Positions 1-13,204 of a stretch of DNA of 64,000 bases are shown here, piece after piece. The translations under genes were made by a program, and so were the position numbers. Below the pieces are notes generated by a model that saw nothing but the letters and a program-made list of their open reading frames with translations, made no database searches and was not told the origin of the DNA. The number at the start of each line of letters is the position of its first letter. Position 1 is the stretch's first letter. This stretch comes from Antedon mediterranea (Eukaryota; Animalia; Echinodermata), in assembly GCF_964355755.1 (NCBI RefSeq), contig NC_092670.1:4764201-4828200 (forward strand), in the 5' to 3' direction.

Positions 1-299
1 GAAACATTATTTGTGTTAACTGCCATAAAAAACAGACGGTAATAATACAGTAGTTATTAATTTGGTGTGTTTTCCTAAAAAAAAGAACATAATATGTATT
101 AAAACATGCGTCATAGTTGTATGTTTGCGTTATTCACACAATGTGATTTTGTAATAAAAGAATATTTAGATGACGCGTCACTACTTTGTATAACGCACAT
201 AACGCACATTGAAGAAGCGTTTTACCGGCAGCAGCAAAATTCGCCAGTTTAATAAAAAAAAATATTACGCGTGTTTTATATTAATTAAAGTAAATAAAA

Positions 300-3200
300 A
301 TGGATATAAAGCGAAAAGCTGTTGAGATGGCCATAGTACCATCAAAAAGAAGAAAAAATGAGATTGTTGCTGTTACTGATCAGCATAGACAGTTGATGGA
401 ATCGGTATGTTTATTATGAAAATATGCTAGGCCCCCTAGCCAGGCCTCTCTAAGGTAGGCTCTTTGGAAGGCCGATACGGATAACCACTCGGCTACGTCG
501 GCTGCTTATCGCCGGTGCGGCCCATGGCCTAGCTAGGCCTAGGCCCAATTAAGCTCCTTAGCCCTACTAATGGTTGTTTGCAGCCTATTTTTTTTTAATG
601 GAATAACCCACTAAGAAGGCCGGTACCTAAAGGCTAAAATGCCCGTGATCCGGCCTGGCTGGTTAGGGAAGAACCATATGTACTGCATGCTGTACTAAAT
701 ACTTTATGTAACAATGTAACATCTAAGTTAATAACATAAGACTAAAAGAGTAAAGTCCACTTAATCATTATGTAAAGTACCTTGAGATGCATGTTTATCA
801 TGGAAAGGGCGCTATAAAAATGAAAAATCACATACTCTCTAATTAATTGTGACCACCAAACTCATGTTGTTCTTTACTACACAGGGTCCACCAAGAACAT
901 CAAGCATGCTGGCTCCCATCATGTTACTTACTGGACACGAGGGAGAGGTGTACTCTGGAAAATTTCATCCGGACGGTCAGAGTATGGCTACTGCTGGCTT
1001 TGACAGGCTTATCTGTGAGTGTAAAGCCTGTTTTCCACTACTAGATTCTATTTTGACAAATCAAACATTTTTGCAGAAAAAAAAAAAAGAATGGGGATAA
1101 TGTTTTATTAATTGAAAGTCTGACAACTCTTGGTGAGTAGAGCAGTCAATCTTTCAACTCTGGAAATATTTTGGACCGCCATTCAACTAAAAAAGTTAGA
1201 AGGCGAGAAATACTTTTCAGCACAAATAGATAAATCGTCTAACATGGTATAAACTAGAGATCAATACAATTGTGACTAAAACATTATGAACACATGTTAA
1301 ACATTATAGTAGTGAAATAAATATATATTAAATAACTAATCTGAAATAATTTTTAATTGTTAAAATTGTAAATAAGTATGATTGTTTAATAATACTATAA
1401 TGGTTTTATAAAATAAGAATTAAAACTATTTTTATTTTGTAGATATGTGGAATGTATATGGAGAGTGTGACAATTATTCAGTGTTGAAAGGACACCAGGG
1501 AGCAATTATGGATCTCCAATATAATACAGATGGAAGGTAAAAAGCAACATGCAAAAAAAAAAGAATCATTTCTCTATACAGATTACTCTTTTTAATGAAA
1601 ATACAAACATTTAATTTTTACAATAAATTCCAACTGTTTTTTTAAGCTTGTAAAGTTTCTTTTAGTAAGATCAAATCAATAGTTGTTTATTGTTTTTATA
1701 GCAACATACTTACAGCATCGACAGACAATACAATTGCATTATGGGACAGTGAAACAGGTGCCAGAATTAAGAGGTTAAAAGGTCACACAGCATTTGTAAA
1801 TTCTTGCTACCCTGCCAGAAGAGGTCCACAGATGGTTGTCAGTGGTGGTGATGATGGAACTATAAGGGTGAGTATGTTTTTAACGAAATGTGATTTAATA
1901 ATAATAAAATCTTTATTTATCTAGACTGTAGTATACAGATATTGCCAGCTTATAAAAAAAAAAAATTTCCTGATAGAAAATATGCTTCTGAGACGTCGAA
2001 TGCCAAGTGTTTACACTGATAAAGAAAACATGTTTTATATAAATAACTCCTAAATAAATTCCTGTCATTTGATTGGAGGATTGTGGGTCACATGGGATCT
2101 TCATCGAGTTATTTTTAAACCTATTACTGTAGTCTCCATTTTCCAATAGAATGGCATATAGTCAGTCTGATGATGGTGTCAACTTATTATGTAATTATAC
2201 TTTTTTTTTCAGTTATGGGATAGTCGAAGGAAGGGAGCAGTACATACATTCCAGAACACATATCAAGTTTTGTCAGTAACGTTTAATGACACAAGTGATC
2301 AAATTATATCAGGAGGTATAGATAATGTACTTAAGGTAGGTACTATAATTTAATATTTTCACTTAAAAAAAGTAAAGTCAGATGTTGCCCTACTCGTAGT
2401 TTTAGTTGTACGGCTCTCTCTGTCGTAGCGTAATAATAAAATATTAAAATGGTAAAGATGAGAAAATCAACAGTCATCTCTTAACCAAGATTAGAAAACT
2501 ATGCCTGTGTATGTGCACTGTCATATTTCATACTGATTATTATTATTTATGTTATTTTTCATCTTCAGAACAGAAATAATATTTCAACAGCACCACCATA
2601 AGGTTTTAGTAATTCAATTAGTATTCTAATACTAATTAACTTATAATTTTTTTTATACTTTTCAGGTGTGGGATATTAGGAAGAATGATATAGTTTACAC
2701 ATTATCAGGTCATACAGACACTGTCACGAGTACGGTACTTAGCCCGGATGGATCGTATGTTCTCTCAAATTCTATGGATTGCACTGGTAGGTTTTTGTAT
2801 ACTTGAGGGTGTCCTTTTACATGAGGTATCAGTTTAAACCCATTGAGGTATTATATAGATAGAGAGTCAACTCTAAACACACATTACAGCTAAAAAAACA
2901 TTTTAGGGAAGGGTCTGGCCAATATGACAATACAATACTGTATTTCATCAAATCGATCAATAGGATACAGCAGTTAAAGGACCACTAGGCTATGTTAACC
3001 CCACTTGATGAAATAGTGTCTAGAATAGGGGTTCTCAACAGATTTCTATAGTATGGGGCTGATTGTAATATAGAAATCCACTTCATAATATTATGGGGTT
3101 TAAGAACTCTTTTTTATTGTTTTCATTTAACTAATGTAAAACTGAATTACCGATACATTAGTAGTACTATACCTATTTTATCTTGATAAAATAAATACAC

Positions 3201-6200
3201 TTTCTATTTTTTAAGTACGTATTTGGGATATTAGACCGTATGCTCCAAATGAACGATGCGTTAAAATCTTCCAGGGAGCACAACATAACTTTGAAAAGGT
3301 AAGTTATCATATATAGTCATAGTATCTTTATTTGTCAATTAAAACTGAAATTAACAGAAATTTGCTTTGAAAAACTGGAATATCATATAATAACACATCT
3401 GAGAATATTCTTACCATGGCATTTGATTGGTAATGATGTATCAAATGCTTTTCAGTATTAGTTCATCTAGCATTCAGCTTTTTGTGAAAAATCTTAAAGT
3501 TTTCTACCATGCGAGATTGTTGATGAAAAATAAGCGGTAGTGTGCGCCATCTATAAATTGTTTTGGCAATAGATTGGCCAAGTTTCTTTGCCTTTAGCAA
3601 TGATCCAAGAACCAGTACACTGGATTTATTAAATTAAAATTAACTTTAGAACAGTTTTTAATAGGTGCGTTATACAACAAATATCACTTTGTATCCATTT
3701 AATAGACAGAAAATTGTATTCATTAAAGATAATTTAATTTAACTCGGCTCCGCCGTGTTAATTAGGGATAATCAAACGTCCACTCATGAAATATTTTCTC
3801 TATTCAACAATATGTATAACAAATTACTATAATAATGAATGTAAATAATGAATTATAGTAGAATTATATTATTGTTAGTTCAATTTCCGAATTGACACAA
3901 GCATAAACACCGCCTTTTGGAGTAACGTTTATGCAGGATGATGATATGGTTAGACGTATGGCGTCATACACTGCAGAATGATGATGATATGGTTAGACGT
4001 ATGGCGTCATACACTGCAGAATGATGATGATATGGTTAGACGTATGGCGTCATACACTGCAGAATGATGATGATATGGTTAGACGTATGGCGTCATACAC
4101 TGCAGAATGATGATGATATGGTTAGACGTATGGCGTCATACACTGCAGAATGATGATGATATGGTTAGACGTATGGCGTCATACACTGCAGAATGATGAT
4201 GATATGGTTAGACGTATGGCGTCATACACTTCAGAATGATGATGATATGGTTAGACGTATGGCGTCATACACTGCAGAATGATGATGATATGGTTAGACG
4301 TATGGCGTCATACACTGCAGAATGATGATGATATGGTTAGACGTATGGCGTCATACACTGCAGAATGATGATGATATGGTTAGACGTATGGCGTCATACA
4401 CTGCAGAATGATGATGATATGGTTAGACGTATGGCGTCATACACTGCAGAATGATGATGATATGGTTAGACGTATGGCGTCATACACTGCAGAATGATGA
4501 TGATATGGTTAGACGTATGGCGTCATACACTGCAGAATGATGATGATATGGTTAGACGTATGGCGTCATACACTGCAGAATGATGATGATATGGTTAGAC
4601 GTATGGCGTCATACACTGCAGAATGATGATGATATGGTTAGACGTATGGCGTCATACACTGCAGAATGATGATGATATGGTTAGACGTATGGCGTCATAC
4701 ACTGCAGAATGATGATGATATGGTTAGACGTATGGCGTCATACACTGCAGAATGATATCGCAATGATTTGGTATTAATGTAGTATCATTTACAAACTGAA
4801 ATATCGATTTTTTTTAGTGGTTATTTTAGTGAAAATTTTAATAATACAGGTTATCACTAAAAGTCCAGCCTTAATACAGGGAATTTAAGGGCTAGGCTAC
4901 CAATGCTATGCCTATTATACAGTACATAGTCTGACCTAATGTTATGTCCACTTTGTTCATATTCTTGTACCAGTTAACTACAGTACCACCCATGTGGAAG
5001 TGATCAGAGTGCATATTCACTCAATTCCAAAAGTTCCTTTAGTACAGTAAACTTTGACCTCAAAAGTTGTAGAAAAATCAAACTATTGGATGTAAAAATT
5101 GGTCTAATAGAGATAACTTGACATTAAATCTGTATGTATTATTTATTAGTAGTGACAGAGTTTATTGTTGGGTTAGGAAATATTCAAATGCATTCATTAT
5201 TTATTTTACATATGAACCAGACCGGCAGAGAATCACTTTCGGGAAATGTCTGACATTTTTGTTAATTGTATACGGTTTTAACCCATTTTGCAAGCGATTT
5301 TCACAGTTGTTTTGTTTAAGAAAATGCTAAAATTTATTTTAACAGCTCCTCAAGTACAGACAAGAAAAAAAATGTTTCTTTTATTTCCAGATTAATTATT
5401 CATTGTTATGCATATTTTTCTCCCAATAGCTTAAATTAGGAGATGGGGTTATACAGTAATAGAAATGGGATTATACTTGGCTTCATATCAACTAACTTTC
5501 AAACCAAACATTCTTGCTTCCTAATCTGTTCAATGTGTTCTACAGATGTAACAAATACAGTATTGTAATATAAAAATAAACTGATTATACTTTAATTCTA
5601 TTCCACTAAAAAATTGTTATCTATATAATAATATATTCTTGTAAATCACAAGAATTGGCTCTGAACATGGAGTTTATTGGCGGAGCTGTAAAAAAAACAG
5701 AAATTTTCTATAGTAATAAATAGCCTGCTTTTCTTAGAAAGGTACAGAAAAAAGGCAGATTGTGAAATACATACCCCCACACTTTATTTCCACTGATGAT
5801 ACACTACTTGGGAAGTCTAGAAATAAAAATAACAGCACTATCTCAGATCTGTAATTACTGTAGTCAGAGTAGTGCTGTGGTTTATACACACAGGTGAAAT
5901 CAATTTTGTTGTTGAATACTGTAGTTCCAAATTACCTGGGTCAAGGTCAATATAATTTTTTAATATTGCATAAAATCTTCTTTAAAATAAGTTGATGACT
6001 ATGTACTTTTTCACATGTATGTACTTATTTACCTGTATGTACTTATTCACTTATATGTACTTATTCACCTATAGAGAGCTTTTAAGCAAATTAAGTCACA
6101 AAAACCTAATGGCTGTATTCATCAATCACACACATACACAAATTCTCTTATTTTGTAGTAAATAGCACTTAATATGAGAACTCCTTAAATATATTTTTGA

Positions 6201-8687
6201 CTTAAGTAAAATACTTCATACCTAAGGGGAATATCAATATGTATATTTGGTGGAATTACTTCAGTTGTTCAAAACAGTCAAACAGACTTCTAGATACTTC
6301 AATAGACTTTAACAGCATTTAGTTTAGCTACAGTATTCGTAAATATGGTTTATGTACGACTATTTATATTCATATGCAGTTTATATGGGGTGATTATAAT
6401 GATTTCATCAAATAACTTAAAGATGATGAAATTGGTTTTAAGATGAAATTCAAATGACATCATCATCTTTAGTATGAAGTTCTTGTAACAATTTCCTGGA
6501 ATATCAAACAAGTGTCCCTATGGAAGGCAATCGCCACCAAAAATACAAAAGTAAAACAAACAACGTACTTTCACAAACGAACGATCTTAACTAAAATAAA
6601 GAACGTACTTTCACAAACGAACAACCTACTTTCACAAACGAACAACCTTCTTTCACAAACGAACGAACTAATGTAAAACAAACAACGTACTTTTACAAAC
6701 GAACAACCTACTTTTACGCGAACAACGTATTTTTTACAAACGGACAACGTACATTGATAAACGAACAACCTGCTTTACCAAACGATGTAGATTGCCAAAT
6801 AAACTAGGGACTCGTCCATTTTTTTAAGTCGGGTATAAAAACACCACATGACCTGAGGAAAATAAAATGTTGTTAATAGTGAGCTCTCTATTTTGTGTCT
6901 AAGAATATAGAGTATACACTATATAACTACATACAGTGTAGCATAGGTAAAATTATGGGACCCGCCTTTTATTTCAATTTTTATCATGATGACGTCATCA
7001 AAATGAACACGAAGATAGCAATTTTGGAAGGAATTTATCTGAGCAACAACATATAAAACGTGTAGAAGAATTTGGATGCGTAGAATATAGATGCGCGCTA
7101 TTTTAAATGAACTATGACGCAAAAGATAAAAATACGACTTTTATAATTCAACTGGCCATATAATGATGTCACAACATCCGATACGCAACATTTTTACATG
7201 AATTCGTATCTAGAATTCAACATCTTCCAGAAAACGATTTCATGAGGGTCACTTTTCCTCCATTTGTCAGGATGAGTTTTGCTTACGCGCGCAAGATACA
7301 GGCTGCTCGCTTTGAGATCCCTCTAAGGCATATCCTTTTATCGGAACTTTTGCAAATTTTACCCGACTTAAAAAATGGACGAGTCCGGTGGCAGGGGGGG
7401 GGGGTATCACCACCCGAAAGGGGATATCACCACCCGAAAGGGGACATCACCACCCGAAAGGGGACAAATTGCCATCCAACTTTTCTGGACCAGAATTTTC
7501 CGTAGATTACGAATATGGAAGGTAATCGATCAGGATAGGAAGCGTTTTCGAGATATAAGGGGTCAAAGTTCATAATTTACCAATATAAAAACATGCTATA
7601 TCTCTGGAAATTCTGGACCTAGTGAGATAATTTTGGTCTCAAATTGTTCACAATGTATATGTTTATATTAGCTCTAACAGAACTTTCTTTGTAAAATTGA
7701 CCGGAAACCCCATTTTTAGCAATTTTGACCTTTGAGCTCTTTTTGCTATATCTAAGTAACGGCAGGTCAGAGAGAATTAAAAATATGAGCAAATTGTTCC
7801 CAAGATATACATTTATATTCAGTGTAACAGATGATATTGCTTGAAAATGAACTCTTTTGAGTTTTTTTGTTTTTCTTTTTCATCTTTTTATTATGTATTC
7901 TTACTGTTGTATTTCACAATGTTTTATGTTTGATGAATAAAGAATATTTGATTTTTGATTTTGATTTTTTTGAACAACAACAACCAAACAACAACAAATT
8001 GCAACTTATTTTATAGTCATTTCAAATTTGTTTGAAAGATAAATATGGATTTAGCTTTTTTAAACTGTCATCAAGTAACAACGTGTTTTAATTAGAAAGA
8101 TGTTGATATAAAGTGTGTGGTATACCACATAATATATAGTTCTGAAAAGATTTCGATCAATATGTATACCAAACATGGAATTTGTTTTTTCTATAGAATT
8201 TACTTCGTTGTTCCTGGGCACCTGATGGCAGCAAGGTGGCAGCCGGGTCATCTGATCGGTTTGTATATATCTGGGACACGACGACAAGAAGAATCTTATA
8301 TAAGCTACCAGGTCATTCAGGCTCTGTTAATGATGTTCACTTCCATCCACATGAACCCATCTGTAAGTAGCTCATGCAGTTTTTATGGTACTTGGTGTGA
8401 ATAAGTAAAACTCTCTTATAATTGTATGTTTGTTGTAAACAACAAATAATTAATGTAAATATTTGAATCCATGCAATCTACTATAATTTAGCCTAAATAG
8501 ACTTTTATTTAGATTCAGACACCACTCTTAATATCTTGTGACCTATACACAACTTTTGACAGACTTTATTGTCTAACCCAAATGATTATTCGTAAAATAC
8601 ACTTTTGTCAAATTTATACTGTATTTCTTTTTTTCAGTGCTATCTTGCTCAAGTGACAAATCAATCTTTCTTGGAGAGATAATGTGA
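300..8687 (+). CDS. SNRNP40: U5 snRNP 40 kDa WD40-repeat protein, 9 coding exons, 345 aa
   Basis: Exons 300-404, 885-1014, 1443-1536, 1702-1867, 2213-2335, 2666-2786, 3216-3298, 8197-8362, 8638-8687. All introns are GT-AG with compatible phases, total 1038 nt. Translation MDIKRK...GPPRTSSMLAPIMLLTGHEGEVY...WNVYGECDNY...HNFEKNLLRCSWAPDGSKVAAGSSDRFVYIWD...SSDKSIFLGEIM matches SNRNP40. Confidence 0.97.
770..826 (+). mobile_element. L2-type LINE/SINE 3' tail remnant in intron 1
   Basis: TGTAAAGTACCTTGAGATG...AAGGGCGCTATAAAAAT resembles the conserved L2 3' stem-loop tail. Confidence 0.45.
3935..4756. repeat. 43-bp minisatellite, about 19 near-identical copies, in SNRNP40 intron 7
   Basis: Unit ATGATGATGATATGGTTAGACGTATGGCGTCATACACTGCAGA; period 43 (4021 to 4451 is 10 units); one variant unit near 4230. 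Confidence 0.97.
6560..6785. repeat. Degenerate tandem repeat of about 22 bp
   Basis: Recurrent ACAAACGAACAACC/GTACTTTC units. Confidence 0.8.
7400..7850. mobile_element. DNA transposon subterminal fragment (Academ-like) with 3 x 20-bp repeat
   Basis: Three copies of ATCACCACCCGAAAGGGGAY. TGACCGGAAA, TTGGT(C/G)TCAAATT and TGACCTTTGA motifs are shared with the subterminal region of the 26196-30042 element. Confidence 0.45.
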
Positions 8688-9244
8688 AGATACAGAAGAA
8701 ATATTCTGGACTAATTGTAGCCTTAAACGTTGATAACATTGCATACGGATTACAGGGACTTTTGACAAGATGGTGAAAGCTGACAATAGGGGAAAATGGT
8801 GAACCGTAATAACATTCGCAAATTCAGCGAGTTGTGTATAGAATGTAAAGACAATCTTCATACAGTATGTTTTTGTATGTGGTAGATCACAAAACCAAAT
8901 AAAAACCTAAAAAAGAAAACCTCTGCCGAATTCAAATATCTTGTACACACTGGGCCTTGTTCTACACCGATTTTCCATTGTTTTTTATAAACATACAATC
9001 TGCCGTAGTAAGTAAATCTTTGGAAAATTATGCATTTGTTGTTATAATTATAACAACAGGTATTTAGAATATGATTGTATACCCATTTCAATTGTAGACA
9101 TTTGTGTTCATTACATGTAACTATGGAGAAACGTTTCTTTGAACCTAAGAACAAACAAATGATAATAATGTATTTGTATTGTGCAAATTCCATTAAAATA
9201 CAAATTTAACAGTAAAGTTAAAAAGACCAAGATTAAAATGTAAC

Positions 9245-9392
9245 TAAAGCTCATTCTACACTATCAAAATAGTGTGATGTGCCCAAATATGGTGGTGATA
9301 TGCCCAAATATGATAGTGATATGACATCATGTCCATATATGGGCACATCACATTTTTTGTCCCATAAATTTGATAGTGTAGAGAGAGCTTTA
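9245..9392. mobile_element. MITE (Harbinger-like); second copy at about 41830-41980
   Basis: TIRs TAAAGCTC..CTACACTATCAAA / TTTGATAGTGTAG..GAGCTTTA; internal GTGATGTGCCCAAATATGG repeats also present at 41870-41950. Confidence 0.75.
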
Positions 9393-9638
9393 TAACAGTG
9401 AAAAGTGACAATAAAAATTGTATTATAAAAAGCAAGAATATAAAAAAAGAGTTTTTAAAAGAGATTTAAAACCGTTAAAGGCTCTTGGCATTCCTACTGT
9501 GTACTGGAAGAGCATTCCAAGTTTAGTTTACTAAGACAGCAAATAACAAATATAGATGAAGAAAGTAATTCCTTAATGTTTTACAACAACATGTCTAAGG
9601 AGGAAACATTCAACCTATATAATTGTAATTTTAATTAC

Positions 9639-9791
9639 TAAAGCCTGTTTTCCTGTCGACGCTATCGTAGTTGATCGTTAACAGTTGAAATGATAACAAT
9701 AGCGAATACCTTTTCCTGTAAATCAAAGAATATTGTTGCCGATTATTGTTAACGATAGCATCGAATAACTTCCACAGGAAAACATGCTTAA
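9639..9791. mobile_element. MITE, short derivative of the 19327-20910 family
   Basis: Ends AAGCCTGTTTTCCTGTCGACG ... ACAGGAAAACATGCTT with TAA flanks. Confidence 0.8.
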
Positions 9792-10540
9792 AAGTTCATT
9801 TTGTGTGTGGCTTACAAAATTAGTAAATCAGTACTCAAGGAATTTCCCACACGACCCTACTAACCACTACAAATCCTACTGCCCCTACTTCCATAAAAAA
9901 TGTTTACATTGTAATTTTCAAAATTAAGCTGTAAATTGAACATAACTAAAATTGTACACTGCTGAATTCAAACTTAAAATGTATAGAAATAAGTAACCAA
10001 AAGGAAGTTTGTCAGTTGTTAAAGTATTTTAATATTTTAAAACAAAACATGAGGTTACAAAATAAAACGTTTCCATTTGTACAAAATGTAATGTTTTAAT
10101 TCGTGTCATGTTTTGTGTGAATGTTATGGCATCTATGCTTTGTCAACGCTTGGTAGATATTCGCATTGTGAAGGAAGGAGGAGTAGGCCTACCCCCATTT
10201 TCCTTATCAAATCACGACGGCAAAACCAGAACTGTGGTCATGTTACGAGAGTTGTCAAAGGTCTATAGATTTATGATAACACTCCTAGAAAGTAGCAAGC
10301 CTCACGTTATGAATTACACTTATGAACTTGTATATTGATGTCACCAGATACAGGCACCACAATCATACATATATGAGATGCTGTATTATTGGATTTTCCT
10401 GATGATACTGGGCAAATATTGTGGTATGTGGAGATAAAAGACTGACAATCGGGTAACTGCTAAGGTTTATATTCTCAAAATGTTCTCATCCCCAATCCCT
10501 AAATTCAACTGGAATTTCCAGCGGCTAATTCTTCCTTATT

Positions 10541-10589
10541 GTATGACCATGGAGAAATAAGTTAGGAACTTATTTCTCCATGGTATGAC
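10541..10589. mobile_element. P-element-like excision footprint (35-bp hairpin plus 7-bp TSD)
   Basis: GTATGAC-[CATGGAGAAATAAGTT AGG AACTTATTTCTCCATG]-GTATGAC. Confidence 0.75.
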
Positions 10590-10742
10590 TAATGCACACG
10601 AGCCATGTTTCTTTTGTGGCGTTTCATGCATGAGGGGTCCCGACGACCCAATCGAATCCGAGATCTCAAATTTCAATGGATACAGTCAGTGCATGTAGGC
10701 CTATTACGTATTTTCCACGATTTTATTAATAGTTATTCATTA

Positions 10743-10812
10743 CATAATAAAACATCCACGTGTAAACGTTGTACTCAGTTAATACTCTCTGGTATCGAAC
10801 TTAAAGGTAAGA
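10743..10812 (+). promoter_or_regulatory. Candidate core promoter and non-coding first exon of receptor copy 1
   Basis: CATAATAAAA about 30 nt before Inr-like TCAGTT (10775), then donor AAG|GTAAGA (GT at 10807). The acceptor TTTTGCAG ends at 12274, just before the ATG. Confidence 0.45.
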
Positions 10813-12282
10813 ATACACTAACTTTTAATGTCTATCTTGGTTCTTATTGAATTCCATGGCAATCGTTCTTGCCATCATTTCTAAATGTCTTGTTTTAAAC
10901 TATCTTCATGTAGAATACATTTTAGTATTTACCCGTTTGCCACTTAATTATTTTTTGGCCTAAACTTTTTTGGGGTAATTATTATTAGGTAGTATAAGAA
11001 TAATGCGCCAATTAGAAGATTCATTGTGGAGTTATTTGAAGTGTAAAACTGGCTTAATTGCTGGAAGTTTGTTGAAAATAAACTTTTATGTTCAATGAAG
11101 TTTGAGTTTACAACCGCTCGGAAATATAACTATATCTCCGTGTAATTTACGTACTCTCTAAATCCATCTATTATTATTTATTATTATAAATAAATTCCAC
11201 AACCTCCTATTCGGCGTATAACACGTATGTTTCGGAGCCGTTAAAAATATCAATATTATAACAACTTTTTTGTTATTTTGAAATGGAAAATGCTTTAGCT
11301 TTACTAACAATTTCTTGAGTTTCACTTTAAATTCTAAAGGAGATACCCCCATGCTCTTACGGTTCTTGTTTATTCAGTATCACTCAAAGCTAGCATTCAA
11401 CATTTCTTGTTTTAAACTTCTGATGAAAAAAGATCTATCCTTTCTTACTTCCCATACCGGGTACAATTCTCACAGACAATCTCCGGAATGATGATTATTA
11501 TAAGTATTTACTGAAATAGATTGGACAATTATTGAAATTTATATCCCTTAGCCTAAGCCAACCCACACATTATCCATTTCAAATAATATCCGCTTCCACT
11601 CACTGATTTCATTTTGCATTCAGACAAAATTCCGTTATAAGAGTCACCATTTTTTTTTCAAGATATATGTTTTTAAACGTTTTTAGTTATTTTACCACCG
11701 TAGTAGTAAACATATCACCATTCATTCACTCTTTTTTCTGTTCGCTCTCTTCCTTCCTTTTTTTAAATTCAAAACCTGGACTTTCGCCATTTCTCACTCG
11801 ATTCTCGGTATATCGGTATCACGCCTTGATTCCGACTCGACCGGTTACAACCGGTAATGTAGAAAACGCCAGCTATTGTCGGTTGTAGCGGCAACTTTAC
11901 TGTAGGCCTTCACATTATACAAAGTGCATTTAGACATCAAATCACAGAGAGAGATTCATAAGTTAAAAATTCACATACAGATTAAAAAATGTTAAAGCAT
12001 TAAAAATTAAAATTCATACTTATCCAAAATAATTTAGAAAAATGTTATAATTCAATAAAATATATAATAACTTTATTAAAGTATAAATATTATGAAACAT
12101 TTAAAAAAAAAAGGAACCATAACTAAATGTTGCTTGAAAATTAAATTATTTAATTGCTTCTCTTGTCAATGTATAAGCGGGACCAATGCTTACTGTTGGA
12201 CGTCGTGTTGGAAAACAAATTCAACAAATTTACTAGGGTGGATTTTTAACAATAATGTTTTTGTTGTTTTGCAGACTATACA

Positions 12283-12888
12283 ATGTTGCCGATAGGTGTA
12301 ATCTTAAGTATGCTATATATAGCAGTTGCGAACGGTATGCCACAGTATACTGCTGCCATCGGTTGTGAATTTAAACATAATTTTTCTTACAATGGAACAC
12401 TTGAGGAAATCATGTTGGACAAAAATAATTATAAACTAAATTGCTTATCAAAAGAAAACAATTGTTCTCTAACTCATCATGAAGGAATCATCGTTCTAAC
12501 GATTTATCCTGTGACAACCAAGACTGGAGGAGTTTACACATTACGGCGAAATACGTCTGTCGGCGCTGTAGAGGACATTGGTAAAAAGTTCACGATTAGT
12601 GTCAATAACAACATCGCAGGTTTGATTATGGAGCCTACAAGTCCACCACTAGGTATCCTGACTACCATACACAAAACTTTACCTGATACAACCATGGAAT
12701 CTTTACCTGATGCAACCATACCGGAATCGTTTCCTGGTACAACCTTGAAGGTGGAACCTAATTCATATCAAGGCAACTTTGATACTGTTAACAATATTGG
12801 CATAGGCCTAGCTGTAACTTCATGTACAATTTGGTGCTTAGTGCTTTGTATAGGCGTTGTTATTATTTGCAAGCTAAATAGATTATAG
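12283..12888 (+). CDS. Type I membrane protein with one atypical Ig-like domain (cluster copy 1), 201 aa
   Basis: Signal peptide MLPIGVILSMLYIAVANG; family motif YTAAIGC...LNCLSKENNCSLTHHEG...GGVYTL...FTISVNN; Thr/Pro-rich stalk; TM IGIGLAVTSCTIWCLVLCIGVVII; very short tail; splice acceptor immediately 5' of the ATG. Confidence 0.85.
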   Translation: MLPIGVILSMLYIAVANGMPQYTAAIGCEFKHNFSYNGTLEEIMLDKNNYKLNCLSKENNCSLTHHEGIIVLTIYPVTTKTGGVYTLRRNTSVGAVEDIGKKFTISVNNNIAGLIMEPTSPPLGILTTIHKTLPDTTMESLPDATIPESFPGTTLKVEPNSYQGNFDTVNNIGIGLAVTSCTIWCLVLCIGVVIICKLNRL

Positions 12889-13204
12889 ATGCAACTTGTT
12901 GATCTGCATACATCATCGACACATCTTGTGTATTCGTTCTCCAATTAACATTTTTTTTTTATATTGCTACTTTATTTTTTATATATATTTTTTTTAATTA
13001 ATTCATTTCCAAAAACACACTTAGTGCTTTGTATAGGCGTTGTTATTATTTGCAAGCTAAATAGATTATAGATGCAACTTGTTGATCTGCATACATCATC
13101 GACAAATCTTGTGTATTCGTTCTCCAATTAACATTTTTTTTTATATTGCTACTTTATGTTTTATATATTTATTTTTTTTAAATTAATTCATTTCCAAAAA
13201 CACA
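12837..13204 (+). repeat. Tandem duplication of about 183 bp covering the end of copy 1 and its 3' flank
   Basis: 12837-13019 is repeated near-identically at 13020-13204. Confidence 0.93.

Noticed and set aside
849-1100. 83-aa ORF as a standalone gene
   Set aside because: It is SNRNP40 exon 2 read through into introns.
3935-4756. CRISPR array or tandem C/D snoRNAs
   Set aside because: Units are contiguous and identical with no unique spacers, in a eukaryotic intron. TGATGA is present but there is no box D CTGA.
8117-8404. 95-aa ORF
   Set aside because: Off-frame overlap of SNRNP40 exon 8.
10401-10445. C/D box snoRNA (TGATGA...CTGA)
   Set aside because: Only 45 nt with no convincing terminal stem; more likely a conserved promoter motif.
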